Assembly (NCBI GenBank): GCA_045401115.1
Contig: CP174359.1
Span: 547,247-611,246 of the forward strand
Source: Candidatus Phycocordibacter aenigmaticus
GTDB lineage: Bacteria; Patescibacteriota; Minisyncoccia; Phycocordibacterales; Phycocordibacteraceae
Length of the DNA: 64,000 nt
Reading direction: 5' to 3'
Below the pieces are notes generated by a model. The model ran no database searches, was not told the origin of the DNA, and saw nothing but the letters and a program-made list of their open reading frames with translations. Numbering within the stretch: position 1 is the first letter of the stretch; the number at the start of each line of letters is the position of its first letter. A program made the position numbers and the translations under genes. Positions 45,931 to 55,292 of this stretch are shown here, piece by piece.

Positions 45931-48732
45931 CTACCACTCAAAAATATCTACAATATCTTTAATTGCTTCGCGGATGCGATTAACCACAGACTTATGCTCC
46001 ATGAGTCGAGGGCGTTCTGGCAAGCGCTCGACAATGTCTTCACCACTTGGAAGTCGGTCTGTGTATAGATACTCACCAATTAAAACCTCAACATCTTCCA
46101 TTGAGATGTTTTCAGTTTCTGTGAGGTGTCGCAATGTTGTAGAGCGTTCACTTGCCCAAAATTCAGAAAATGCAGCTTCAACATCTTCAGAGCGTGATAC
46201 TTGAGGAAGATTTTCTTCAATAAACTTCCTTACTAAGTCTTTCTTCTTACGAAGGTTTACGTCACGATCGAATACTTTCAAAATATCTTCTGTCTTCTTA
46301 GCTCGCGCTGCATCAGAAGTAATGTTCTTTAGGCCAGCAATGAGTTGGATGATGTAGTCGAAGTTAACAAGATCTCGAACGGTTAGCTCAAGCTCAAAAT
46401 CAATTTGATCAAGAATTGATTCTTTTTCCTTATCTATTGTTTTACTTTCAGCATATATATCAAGGTACTTACTCTGATAGTCATAGAACTCTTGTTCTGT
46501 AATACCAAGGTCATCAAAAGAGAATTCGGCAAAAGTTTCTAGCGACGATTTGATACGAAGCAGATCACGAAATGACTGAACAAAGTCCGCTTTCTCTTGC
46601 TCGCCTTGCAGAGAATCAACGGAGTCTGGATTCGTTACTTTTTCTCGAAGCTCATCTAACTTTTCTTTAAATTCTTTCTTCTGCTCCTCATAAGGCTTTT
46701 TAAACACTACCTCCTTCGCATTCTCATCACCGTAAAGGGCCAAGGCCTTGTCGGTCGCTTCCTTAAGGTTTCGGAATGAAACAATATTGCCGTGCGGCTT
46801 ATCGGAGTTCAAAAGACGATTGGTTCGAGAATAGGCCTGAATGAGTCCGTGATAGCGCAAGTTCTTGTCTACATAGAGCGTATTGAGCCGTTTGCTATCA
46901 AACCCGGTCAGGAACATATTCACTACTAGAACTAGATCTACTTGTTTGTTTTTAATTCGCTTCTGGATATCTTTATAGTAATCATAAAACTTATCCGTAC
47001 TGTAGTTCGTGCTATAGATAGCGTTGTAGTCTTTAATACAATTCTCTAGAAAATCACGAGAATGCTGATTCACGCTAACGCCTTCCGTTTCCAAAGGATC
47101 ATTATCTAAGTCTGCATTCTCATCATCAGACTCATTGGCATGATAGGTGAAAATAGTAGCAATCTTCATATCCTCAGGGGCCCTTTCTTTAAATAGTGTG
47201 TAGTAGCGCTTGAGAACATCAATGCTGGTTACTGCAAATAGAGCGTTGAATTTTCCAGCCTTTGTTTTCTTTTTCCAGTCGTGGAGTACGTAGTCGGTGA
47301 TTTTTTCAAGACGATCCTGGCTTTCAAGCACTTCCTTCGTATCAATTCCCTCCACCATTGCGTCTGAAAAAATGTCTGCATCAAGTACGTCGGGATCTTT
47401 TTGCTTATATTTACCAACATATTCTACTGAGAACCCGAGTACGTTGTTATCACTAATAGCGTTGGTGATGATGTATTTATGTAAACAATCAGTAAAGACA
47501 TCTTTAGTTGTAACCTTGCCAATATGATTCTCCGCAAAAATAGGTGTGCCAGTAAAACCAAACAGTTGTGCTTTATTAAAGAAACTTTTAATACGTGTGT
47601 GTGTTTTCCCAAATTGACTTCTGTGGCACTCATCAAAAATAATCACTACCTTTTCATCCTTTAGATATTCAAATTGCTTCAAATATGGCCCTCTCCCAAT
47701 CGCAATATCAAGCTTTTGGATAGTAGTAACAATGAGCTTGCGATTTGGATCGGCTAACTGCTTCACTAGAGCACTAGTATTATTTGTGCCATCAACTGAG
47801 CCATCAGAAAATGAATTAAACTCTTCAGTGGTCTTAATGTCTAAGTCCTTACGGTCTACCACGAACATTACTTTCTTAATATCAGGATTTCGGGCAAGAA
47901 TCTGGCTAGTCTTGAATGCTGTCAAGGTCTTCCCCGCCCCGGTTGTGTGCCAGATGTAGCCATTCTTATTTGATTCATTTACCTGCTTCTCCAAGGCTTT
48001 CACTGCGTAATACTGATATGGCCGGAGCACCATTGGTATTTGTTCTGCCTCTGCTAATACTGTATGCTCCGCTATCATTTCTGATACCGCACACTTCTCT
48101 AGGAAAATATCAGTGAAATCTTCAAGCTTGGTGATTTTCTTATTATCGACATCAGTCCAATAAAAGGTCTGCTCGAATGTTTGCTTTGGATTATTAGAAA
48201 AGTACTTAGTATTTACGCCATTGGAGATGACAAAGATCTGTACGTATTCAAAAAGCGTGCCCGTAAATGAATGTTTGTGGTATCGCTGTATTTGATTAAA
48301 CGCTTCCTTCATTTCAATACCGCGACGCTTTAGTTCGATCTGAACTAGAGGTAGTCCGTTAATTAATAGCGTTACGTCATAACGATTCTCATACTTGCCG
48401 ACTTGTGTGATTTGCTGGGTTACCTGATACTCGTTTTTGCACCACTGGTCCATGTTGAAGAACTGAATCCAGATAGTGGTTTCATCGTCACGCTTTAGGG
48501 AGAAACGGTCACGCAGGGTCTTGGCTTTATGGAAGCGGTCACCTTTCATGAGATAATTCATGATGCGAGACCACTCATCATCTGAGAATGTGGTGTTGTT
48601 AAATTTCTCTAGTTGGGAACGGAGGTTAGCTTCAAAAGCAGCAGATTCTTCGACTACAACCGGCTCAAACCCCAAGCGCGTTAATCGCTCGATCAGTGAT
48701 TTTTCTAGTTGTGCTTCGGATTGATGGGTCAT
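45931..48732 (-). CDS. hsdR: Type I restriction enzyme R subunit
   Basis: 933 aa; N-terminal HsdR_N nuclease region; SF2 motor with Walker A HTTGAGKTLTAF and DEAH-box FDECHRS; C-terminal helical domain. Confidence 0.9.
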   Translation of the reverse strand: MTHQSEAQLEKSLIERLTRLGFEPVVVEESAAFEANLRSQLEKFNNTTFSDDEWSRIMNYLMKGDRFHKAKTLRDRFSLKRDDETTIWIQFFNMDQWCKNEYQVTQQITQVGKYENRYDVTLLINGLPLVQIELKRRGIEMKEAFNQIQRYHKHSFTGTLFEYVQIFVISNGVNTKYFSNNPKQTFEQTFYWTDVDNKKITKLEDFTDIFLEKCAVSEMIAEHTVLAEAEQIPMVLRPYQYYAVKALEKQVNESNKNGYIWHTTGAGKTLTAFKTSQILARNPDIKKVMFVVDRKDLDIKTTEEFNSFSDGSVDGTNNTSALVKQLADPNRKLIVTTIQKLDIAIGRGPYLKQFEYLKDEKVVIIFDECHRSQFGKTHTRIKSFFNKAQLFGFTGTPIFAENHIGKVTTKDVFTDCLHKYIITNAISDNNVLGFSVEYVGKYKQKDPDVLDADIFSDAMVEGIDTKEVLESQDRLEKITDYVLHDWKKKTKAGKFNALFAVTSIDVLKRYYTLFKERAPEDMKIATIFTYHANESDDENADLDNDPLETEGVSVNQHSRDFLENCIKDYNAIYSTNYSTDKFYDYYKDIQKRIKNKQVDLVLVVNMFLTGFDSKRLNTLYVDKNLRYHGLIQAYSRTNRLLNSDKPHGNIVSFRNLKEATDKALALYGDENAKEVVFKKPYEEQKKEFKEKLDELREKVTNPDSVDSLQGEQEKADFVQSFRDLLRIKSSLETFAEFSFDDLGITEQEFYDYQSKYLDIYAESKTIDKEKESILDQIDFELELTVRDLVNFDYIIQLIAGLKNITSDAARAKKTEDILKVFDRDVNLRKKKDLVRKFIEENLPQVSRSEDVEAAFSEFWASERSTTLRHLTETENISMEDVEVLIGEYLYTDRLPSGEDIVERLPERPRLMEHKSVVNRIREAIKDIVDIFEW

Positions 48733-50588
48733 GTTGTTGTTGAAAGGTTATCGTCAATCCACTTGAAAATAACTTCAAAGCTTTGTACTGCCTCATTAGA
48801 CAAGTTTTCTTTCTTAATTTCTTCTCGCTCTACCTTAGAAGCAAACTCTCTAGCAAACAATATTTTTCTCCTACCAATGATTGTAGAAGGTTTTCGTTTA
48901 TCATCAGTTTTAATCTTTTTATCAACCAGAGAAAAGTCCTTAACTGTAAACAAATTTTCAATTTCGCTTTTAGATATCAGCTTAATTTTCTTGTTTGTCT
49001 CATTATCATCACCATTAAAAATTCGCTCCTTTAAATCTTCTTTTGTCATTTTTGGATTCTCACCATTGTCCATAACAAGCAACCAATCTAAGCCATAGCC
49101 TATACAAAAAGATATAAGGTGATAAATATGGTTTCCTTTAATGCCAATACCTGGAACAAACTTGTAGTCAATTTCTTTATCAAGGATTTTTGCCATTGAT
49201 TTGAAATACCAAAAATCAGACAGACCTTCTAGTAATACATTCTTTCTAGAAAGAACAGAGAAGTCCTTAAGTGGCTCTAAGCCCATTGCTTCTGCAATAG
49301 GTTGCAATGCCTCTTGTTTGTAGGTCGTATCTAACTTGGTGGTAGTCAATCCTTCAACAATGGTTCCATTGTCCTTGGTATTTATAACTAGTCCAATATT
49401 ATAAAGCAATTCTGTGTTAATTAGCGAAGGAGAATGAGTTGAGTAAATTACCTGGTGGTTCTTTTTAATCAATTCGTCGAACACGTTCAGTATGTCTTTA
49501 TGTGCTTTAACATGGAGGTGCAATCCAGGTTCGTCATACAAAATAACTCGCTTTCGGCCGTGTTCCATTGATTTAAGCTCCAACCACGCAGATAAAAACC
49601 AAATCATTCCTTTGCTTCTTTTTCTCGGCTCTAGAAGCACATTATCTTTTGTTTCTATATAGAAAAATACAGTTGGAACGGCCTGACTGTTTACACTTTC
49701 ATTGTTTATTTGAAATTTTATATACAAATCACCCTCTGAGTATATTCTTTGTTTCCATGCTTTTTGGAATTTAGTAGACAATTTCGTTACATTAGTGGAT
49801 GTCACAGATGTCTGGTGACTGTTCGACAATTTAGATATCGAAACAAAATCCTTATCTAGCAACTCTTCGAGATTTTTAACGGCATTGTATCCTTCTGCTT
49901 CCGTATTTCTTGATTCAAGGTCTGAGATTTTTATTTTATCTGGCAACAAATCGCTGAAAGCGTTAAACAAAACAATTTCAGGAGAGATACCAAAAAATAC
50001 TTCTGCAACTTCTTTTTCCTTTCCTTCTAAATCTATCCAGGGAGTTTTGTTCTTAACCTCCTTTCCATCGGTGTTCGTTTCAACAACCTCCTTATTTTTG
50101 ATAGCACCTCGAACGATACCGAAAACAGAGTCCGTTAACGACATCTCTAAAGTATTTGATTCAAGATTGAATTGTTTTGTAATTGTGTATTCTTTTACTG
50201 ATTTTAGTTTACCTTTATCAAAAAAATCATCCTCATCGCCAATTGAAAAAGTTTTGCGAAATTTCTTAATTAGAGAATTAGCCAAATCATCAGAATCATC
50301 CACTAAGTAAGTACACGAGATTTCCTGTGTAAAATTTTCTGCCTGCTCTTCTTCAAAATTTAATGAATCCCTTTCAAATTCTTCACTTTCGTAGGCATTA
50401 AGTGCTTCTAGTATTGAACTTTTCCCTGATTCATTTTGCCCAGCCAATACAAACATACTCTCAGAAAAGATAATATCTCCTGAATCTTTTATGCTCTTAT
50501 AATTTTTAATTGAAACTTTTTTTATCATAGTATTTCTACACAAACATTTTTTGAAGCAGCCCCTTTTTCCAAGCTTCTGCTTTTTCAA
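48729..50588 (-). CDS. OLD-family / PARIS(AriAB-fusion)-like ATP-dependent nuclease: N-terminal ABC-type ATPase (AAA_15/21) plus C-terminal TOPRIM/DUF4435-like domain
   Basis: Walker A GQNESGKSS; Walker B and signature ILYDEPGLHLH; H-loop STHSP; C-terminal Toprim-like LLEGLSD...LLVMDNGE; the start may be the internal Met at 50528; the stop overlaps the hsdR start (ATGA). Confidence 0.7.
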   Translation of the reverse strand: MKKQKLGKRGCFKKCLCRNTMIKKVSIKNYKSIKDSGDIIFSESMFVLAGQNESGKSSILEALNAYESEEFERDSLNFEEEQAENFTQEISCTYLVDDSDDLANSLIKKFRKTFSIGDEDDFFDKGKLKSVKEYTITKQFNLESNTLEMSLTDSVFGIVRGAIKNKEVVETNTDGKEVKNKTPWIDLEGKEKEVAEVFFGISPEIVLFNAFSDLLPDKIKISDLESRNTEAEGYNAVKNLEELLDKDFVSISKLSNSHQTSVTSTNVTKLSTKFQKAWKQRIYSEGDLYIKFQINNESVNSQAVPTVFFYIETKDNVLLEPRKRSKGMIWFLSAWLELKSMEHGRKRVILYDEPGLHLHVKAHKDILNVFDELIKKNHQVIYSTHSPSLINTELLYNIGLVINTKDNGTIVEGLTTTKLDTTYKQEALQPIAEAMGLEPLKDFSVLSRKNVLLEGLSDFWYFKSMAKILDKEIDYKFVPGIGIKGNHIYHLISFCIGYGLDWLLVMDNGENPKMTKEDLKERIFNGDDNETNKKIKLISKSEIENLFTVKDFSLVDKKIKTDDKRKPSTIIGRRKILFAREFASKVEREEIKKENLSNEAVQSFEVIFKWIDDNLSTTT

Positions 50589-51735
50589 TTTGCTTGGACT
50601 TTGCAGTGATTAACTCATCAATATCCGATAGAAAGTTAGCAATTCTTTTCTGCTCGTCAACACTTGGCATTGCAATTTCGACCCTTACAAAATCATCAGG
50701 CTTTACTGCCATTCTTTCGTAAACAGTTCCTTCTTCAAACCGTCTTGCTTTGTTAATAAAACTTGAATGAGTTAAGTAATATCCAACAAAATCAATATCC
50801 TGTTCGGTAATTTCATATGTTATGTAAATAGGAGAGAATATTCCGTCACCTAGTCTGTTAATATCTATTACATTGAATTTTAAATTGGCTGGGTTGTAAC
50901 ATAAATCATTTAGTCTAGTGATTTTGTATTTTTTTGATTTATCATCTTTTACTAAGAAATCCCTATGGTAACGTTCCGACTTTGGAACCACACCTGCTGT
51001 AGTTAATGAGATATGAGGATACCCGTTTCCTTTGGTTGAATATTCTTTCCTCTCTTTGAGAAAGTGACCGACAGGCATTTTTTGCCACTCAGGGAAGTAT
51101 TTCCCGTCTTCATCCTTAAATCGCACTTCTTGCGAGAAGATTTTTTGCATTATTCCGCGCTTGTATTCTTCAAGTTTTTCTTTTTGGGTTTTGAATGATT
51201 TGATTAGTTTATCTACACTCTCTAAGAAATTAGCGATTTGTGCTTGCTCATCTACTCCTTTTGGAAAGTGAATTGGAGATGCTGATACAAAGTCCCATTC
51301 AGCTCTTGGCATTTTTGAGCCAGCACTTACATTTGCAAAATAGTTAAATCTAGAGCCTTGTATAAAATAAAACAGAAATGAAGGCTCTACTTTTTTTGTT
51401 TTAAAAACCCATATTTCAGTAGTACATACACCATCAGATTTTGCATGTACGAATTTTCTTAGATAGGGTCGTAATTTTCCATACAACACATCGCCCAATT
51501 GGTATACATTTTTAATACTCTTTAGTTCTTGGGTTGGGATATATTTAATAACCTCGCCTGTATCCTTTTCGATGCTTTCTAGCTCTATTGAGTGAGGATA
51601 TTTTTTTGATTTCTGGGGGTCAAATTTCTCTTTACCAAGTTTAACTACATCGCCAAACTCGTATATACTCCACTCGCCTAAAAATCCAGGGAACCGCAGT
51701 TCGGGTGTATTCTTTTTTGTAGTCGCTGTATTCAT
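50536..51735 (-). CDS. hsdS: Type I restriction-modification specificity subunit
   Basis: 399 aa; two target-recognition domains separated by conserved coiled-coil repeats (e.g. LLQKIFSQE / GLLQKMF). Confidence 0.85.
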   Translation of the reverse strand: MNTATTKKNTPELRFPGFLGEWSIYEFGDVVKLGKEKFDPQKSKKYPHSIELESIEKDTGEVIKYIPTQELKSIKNVYQLGDVLYGKLRPYLRKFVHAKSDGVCTTEIWVFKTKKVEPSFLFYFIQGSRFNYFANVSAGSKMPRAEWDFVSASPIHFPKGVDEQAQIANFLESVDKLIKSFKTQKEKLEEYKRGIMQKIFSQEVRFKDEDGKYFPEWQKMPVGHFLKERKEYSTKGNGYPHISLTTAGVVPKSERYHRDFLVKDDKSKKYKITRLNDLCYNPANLKFNVIDINRLGDGIFSPIYITYEITEQDIDFVGYYLTHSSFINKARRFEEGTVYERMAVKPDDFVRVEIAMPSVDEQKRIANFLSDIDELITAKSKQIEKAEAWKKGLLQKMFV

Positions 51736-51742
51736 AGTTAAA

Positions 51743-53320
51743 TTAAAACGGTTTTTTTATACCCAACTCGTTACAGAATTCGACAATAGCTTTTTCAAGT
51801 TTCTCTTCACCTGCTTTTAATTTATTCAGCTCTTCTGCGATAGTATCAATATCGACAGGGTTTTCTTCCTCAAATGTATCTATGTAACGGGGGATGTTTA
51901 AATTGAAGTCGTTTTCTCTGATTTCATCCAGTGACGCGTTGTGAGAATATTTTTCAACCTCCTTACGATTTTTATAAGTGTCAAAAACCTTAACTATGTC
52001 TTTATCTTCTAAGTGGTTTTGATTTTTTCCTTTATAAAATTCTCTCGATGCTTCAATAAACAAAATGCTGTCATCTTTTTCACGGCACTTCTTGAATACG
52101 AGAATAGTCGCGGGAATTGTCGTTCCATAAAAAAGATTTTGCGGAAGACCAATAACCGCATCGAGATAATTTAATTTCTCAACGATGTACTGACGAATAG
52201 TTCCTTCTGCCCCCCCACGAAATAGTGCGCCATGCGGCAATACCACCGCCATGGTGCCGTTATCAGCCAAGTGATGAAGCATGTGGGTTACAAAAGCATA
52301 ATCCGCAGCGCTTTTTGGTGCCAGGCGGCCATATTGTGTAAAGCGATCATCTTGAGCGAGTATTGGGTCAGTATCACCTTTCCATTTAGCGGAGAATGGC
52401 GGGTTGGCCACAATAACCTCTGCTTGTAAGTCAGAGTGCTGATCATCTCTAAGCGTATCGCCTTGGCGAATATCAAAACGATCAAAGCGCACATCATGGA
52501 GAATCATGTTCATCCGAGCAAGGTTGTACGTAGTCTGATTAAGCTCTTGTCCGTAGTAGTGCTTGATTTCTGCGTAGTCAGAAAGACGCAAGAGTAATGA
52601 GCCAGAACCACAGGTGGGGTCATAGGCAGATTTAATAGTCTTCTTGCCTTCTGTGACAATCATAGAGAGCAAGCGCGATACCTGAGCTGGTGTATAAAAC
52701 TCACCACCTTTCTTTCCAGCACCAGCTGCAAATTCACCAATTAGATATTCGTATGCGTCACCGAGTAAATCGCTTTTGCTATCTGCTAGTTTAAAGTCGA
52801 TACCAGCCAAGTGAGAGAGAACTTCTACTACAGTGTCGTTCTTATCTTTTTCAGTTCGTCCAAGCTTACTTGAGGACAGGTCTACATCATCAAACAAGCC
52901 TTTGAAGTCGTCCTCACTATCGGTACCCATTGCAGTGCGTTCAATGGTGTCAAGAACGTTTTGAAGGTCTTCGAGAATAAAGGTATCATTCTCATTAATC
53001 TCACCCTTCCCTTTCGTTACGAGGTATGAAAACAGTTCCTGCGGGCGAAGGAAAAAACCAAGATGTTCAATGGCGAGATCTTTAATTGCACCAAGCTGCT
53101 CTTTACCTTCTTTGGTGCTTGGGTTGATATCAGCGTATGCAAAATCTTCACGAGCGAGAAGTTTTTCATTTACATACAGCTCTAGTTTTTCTGAAAGGTA
53201 TTTATAGAAAATAAACCCAAGAATATACACCTTATACTCATCCGCATTCATACGACCGCGGAGTGTATTAGCAACAGCCCACAACTGTTTTTCAAGAAGT
53301 TTCTTTTGCTCTTCCGTCAT
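51743..53320 (-). CDS. hsdM: Type I restriction-modification N6-adenine DNA methyltransferase subunit
   Basis: 525 aa; HsdM N-domain; motif I DPTCGSGSLLL; motif IV NPPF (VANPPFSAKW). Confidence 0.9.
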   Translation of the reverse strand: MTEEQKKLLEKQLWAVANTLRGRMNADEYKVYILGFIFYKYLSEKLELYVNEKLLAREDFAYADINPSTKEGKEQLGAIKDLAIEHLGFFLRPQELFSYLVTKGKGEINENDTFILEDLQNVLDTIERTAMGTDSEDDFKGLFDDVDLSSSKLGRTEKDKNDTVVEVLSHLAGIDFKLADSKSDLLGDAYEYLIGEFAAGAGKKGGEFYTPAQVSRLLSMIVTEGKKTIKSAYDPTCGSGSLLLRLSDYAEIKHYYGQELNQTTYNLARMNMILHDVRFDRFDIRQGDTLRDDQHSDLQAEVIVANPPFSAKWKGDTDPILAQDDRFTQYGRLAPKSAADYAFVTHMLHHLADNGTMAVVLPHGALFRGGAEGTIRQYIVEKLNYLDAVIGLPQNLFYGTTIPATILVFKKCREKDDSILFIEASREFYKGKNQNHLEDKDIVKVFDTYKNRKEVEKYSHNASLDEIRENDFNLNIPRYIDTFEEENPVDIDTIAEELNKLKAGEEKLEKAIVEFCNELGIKKPF

Positions 53321-53354
53321 TATTCTTCAGTATACCCCACATGAAAAACACGCT

Positions 53355-53858
53355 CTACTCCCCTGTTTCGCGCTGTATGAGCGCGACTGTTTCTTCTAAA
53401 GTGGAATCTTCGCCGATTATGATTTCGCCGGGTACATCCAGATAATTCTTCGGTTGGTACCACGATTTCATTTCTTCTTCGCCGAATTCATCTGCTACGG
53501 ATTTTGTCTTATGTCTTCTGATTGTTTCCTCTAAGGGAACATCGATATAGAACACCCTTACAGGACAGTGAGCGCGTTCCATCAGGCGCATTAATACTTC
53601 TTTGTATTTAGGTTTTGAGAGAATGCCCTCAAGAATGACTGTGTAGCCTTTCTCTAGGCAGTAGGTAACCGTTTGTTCTAATAGACCAATAATATCCGTA
53701 TTTTCCTGTGAATCTTTCTCCATTAAGATACCGCGGCGCAGGGCGTCCTGGCCGACAACCGCTACTTTTCCGTTGAGTTTTTCCCGTAGGCATTCTGCTA
53801 CGGCACTTTTCCCGGAGCCTGAGTTCCCGCGTATGATGATGAGTTTTTGGTTATTCAT
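53355..53858 (-). CDS. P-loop kinase-like NTPase (AAA_33/zeta-toxin/polynucleotide-kinase-like fold)
   Basis: 167 aa; Walker A GNSGSGKS at the N-terminus; Walker B-like VILEG; no further identifiable specificity. Confidence 0.55.
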   Translation of the reverse strand: MNNQKLIIIRGNSGSGKSAVAECLREKLNGKVAVVGQDALRRGILMEKDSQENTDIIGLLEQTVTYCLEKGYTVILEGILSKPKYKEVLMRLMERAHCPVRVFYIDVPLEETIRRHKTKSVADEFGEEEMKSWYQPKNYLDVPGEIIIGEDSTLEETVALIQRETGE

Positions 53859-53875
53859 AGTTAAAGACCTATCTT

Positions 53876-54403
53876 TTACTCTTTATCATCCTTTAAATCC
53901 AGTGCACTGCGAAACACTACCTTTTTAAAATCTTTGTCTTCAACGTGCGCTTCAGCCTCGTGCGGCGGAACCCACGCTATTTTTCTGACATGGCCGGCTG
54001 GGTCTTCGGTAAAATCTCCCTCGGGAACCACGTTACACCTATACACCAAACGATAGTGGCGGATATCTCCTGAAGGGCTCATGACCTTTTGATAGGCAAT
54101 CGGCGCGTAGTCTACTACGGCGCAGTTTGTTTCTTCCCGCACTTCCCTATGAAGCGTCTCCTCAATAGATTCCCCCGGCTCGCGCGTGCCGCCGGGGATG
54201 CTCCATATATTCCACTTAGTGAGATGTACTAGCACTATTTGACCGTTATGCAGGCACAAGGCGTGGGCTTTTATTTTTAACTCGTCCGGTATGTCGTCAA
54301 AATTGTTAGCAGCGACATGGTGAATATCGCACCGCTCTCCTCTATATGTGATTACTCCTTTGAAGACTTCTGGTTTCTCGTTGGGAATATCTGAGTTTTT
54401 CAT
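53876..54403 (-). CDS. NUDIX hydrolase
   Basis: Nudix box GGTREPGESIEETLHREVREETN; start taken at the internal Met (MKNSDIP...), giving a 6-nt gap to the upstream gene. Confidence 0.75.
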   Translation of the reverse strand: MKNSDIPNEKPEVFKGVITYRGERCDIHHVAANNFDDIPDELKIKAHALCLHNGQIVLVHLTKWNIWSIPGGTREPGESIEETLHREVREETNCAVVDYAPIAYQKVMSPSGDIRHYRLVYRCNVVPEGDFTEDPAGHVRKIAWVPPHEAEAHVEDKDFKKVVFRSALDLKDDKE

Positions 54404-54408
54404 GAACT

Positions 54409-55224
54409 TTATTTCCAGTACCCTAAGACGCACGCTTCTACTCCAACCGGTTTACCCTTCTTTGCAAACAAAATGACGGAATCCCTATCAACAATATATT
54501 TTTTAGTATTATCTTGTGCAAAACAAGTGCCTTTTTTCAGCTCTTCAAAATCATCAAAATTTTTAGTGAGCTCAAAGTCTTCAACATCTTTCATTACAAC
54601 ACGATAGACAAATAGGTGTTTTTGTTTTCTTTCTGTTCTCTCAGTTGAGACAGAAATAGCTCCGTTGTATTTGAGAAATTTATAGAGTGAATCTTTTGCA
54701 AGCCCAGTATACGATTCACTGTCCTCTGTATATCCACACTCCACACACACTCCCGGCTTGTTTTGGTGCAACATGTATCCTTCTGTTGCTCCTGGTTCAA
54801 TTTCATCCCAACCTGTTGAGATTATTTCAAAATCTAACTCTTTAACAAAATCTGAATCGAGGCCTCCGTGGATTACAAAAGGTGTCGTATTTTTTGTATT
54901 ACTCGCGTGAATATCTAAAAGAGTGTCTGACTTATCAAGAATAGGTAAAAGCTCCCTAGCAATACAATCTTCATAGGTTTGACCATTGTTACCTTCAATA
55001 AAACACCTGTTAAGGTTTTTTTCTATGAATCTAGTATTTTGTTTTATTGCTTTAGTATTAGCAAAAACAAAGTAGACGGTCCCATTTTTTATATCAACCT
55101 CTTCTAGTACTTCATTTACAGCATCTATCCCCACCCTTTCATTACCATGCACACCACAAAAAACAGCGAGTGTTTTCCCTGGATTCTTTCCTTGAATCAT
55201 TATAATTTTAGGACCATTTTCCAT
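54409..55224 (-). CDS. succinylglutamate desuccinylase/aspartoacylase (AstE/AspA) family zinc hydrolase
   Basis: 271 aa; N-terminal zinc-site motif CGVHGNER and downstream His typical of the AstE_AspA / M14-like deacylase family. Confidence 0.7.
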   Translation of the reverse strand: MENGPKIIMIQGKNPGKTLAVFCGVHGNERVGIDAVNEVLEEVDIKNGTVYFVFANTKAIKQNTRFIEKNLNRCFIEGNNGQTYEDCIARELLPILDKSDTLLDIHASNTKNTTPFVIHGGLDSDFVKELDFEIISTGWDEIEPGATEGYMLHQNKPGVCVECGYTEDSESYTGLAKDSLYKFLKYNGAISVSTERTERKQKHLFVYRVVMKDVEDFELTKNFDDFEELKKGTCFAQDNTKKYIVDRDSVILFAKKGKPVGVEACVLGYWK

Positions 55225-55292
55225 GCTCCAAAGTATACCAAAACCATACGAAATAAGGGCCGATTGTGTTTTTATAGTATTCTAATAGGGTT

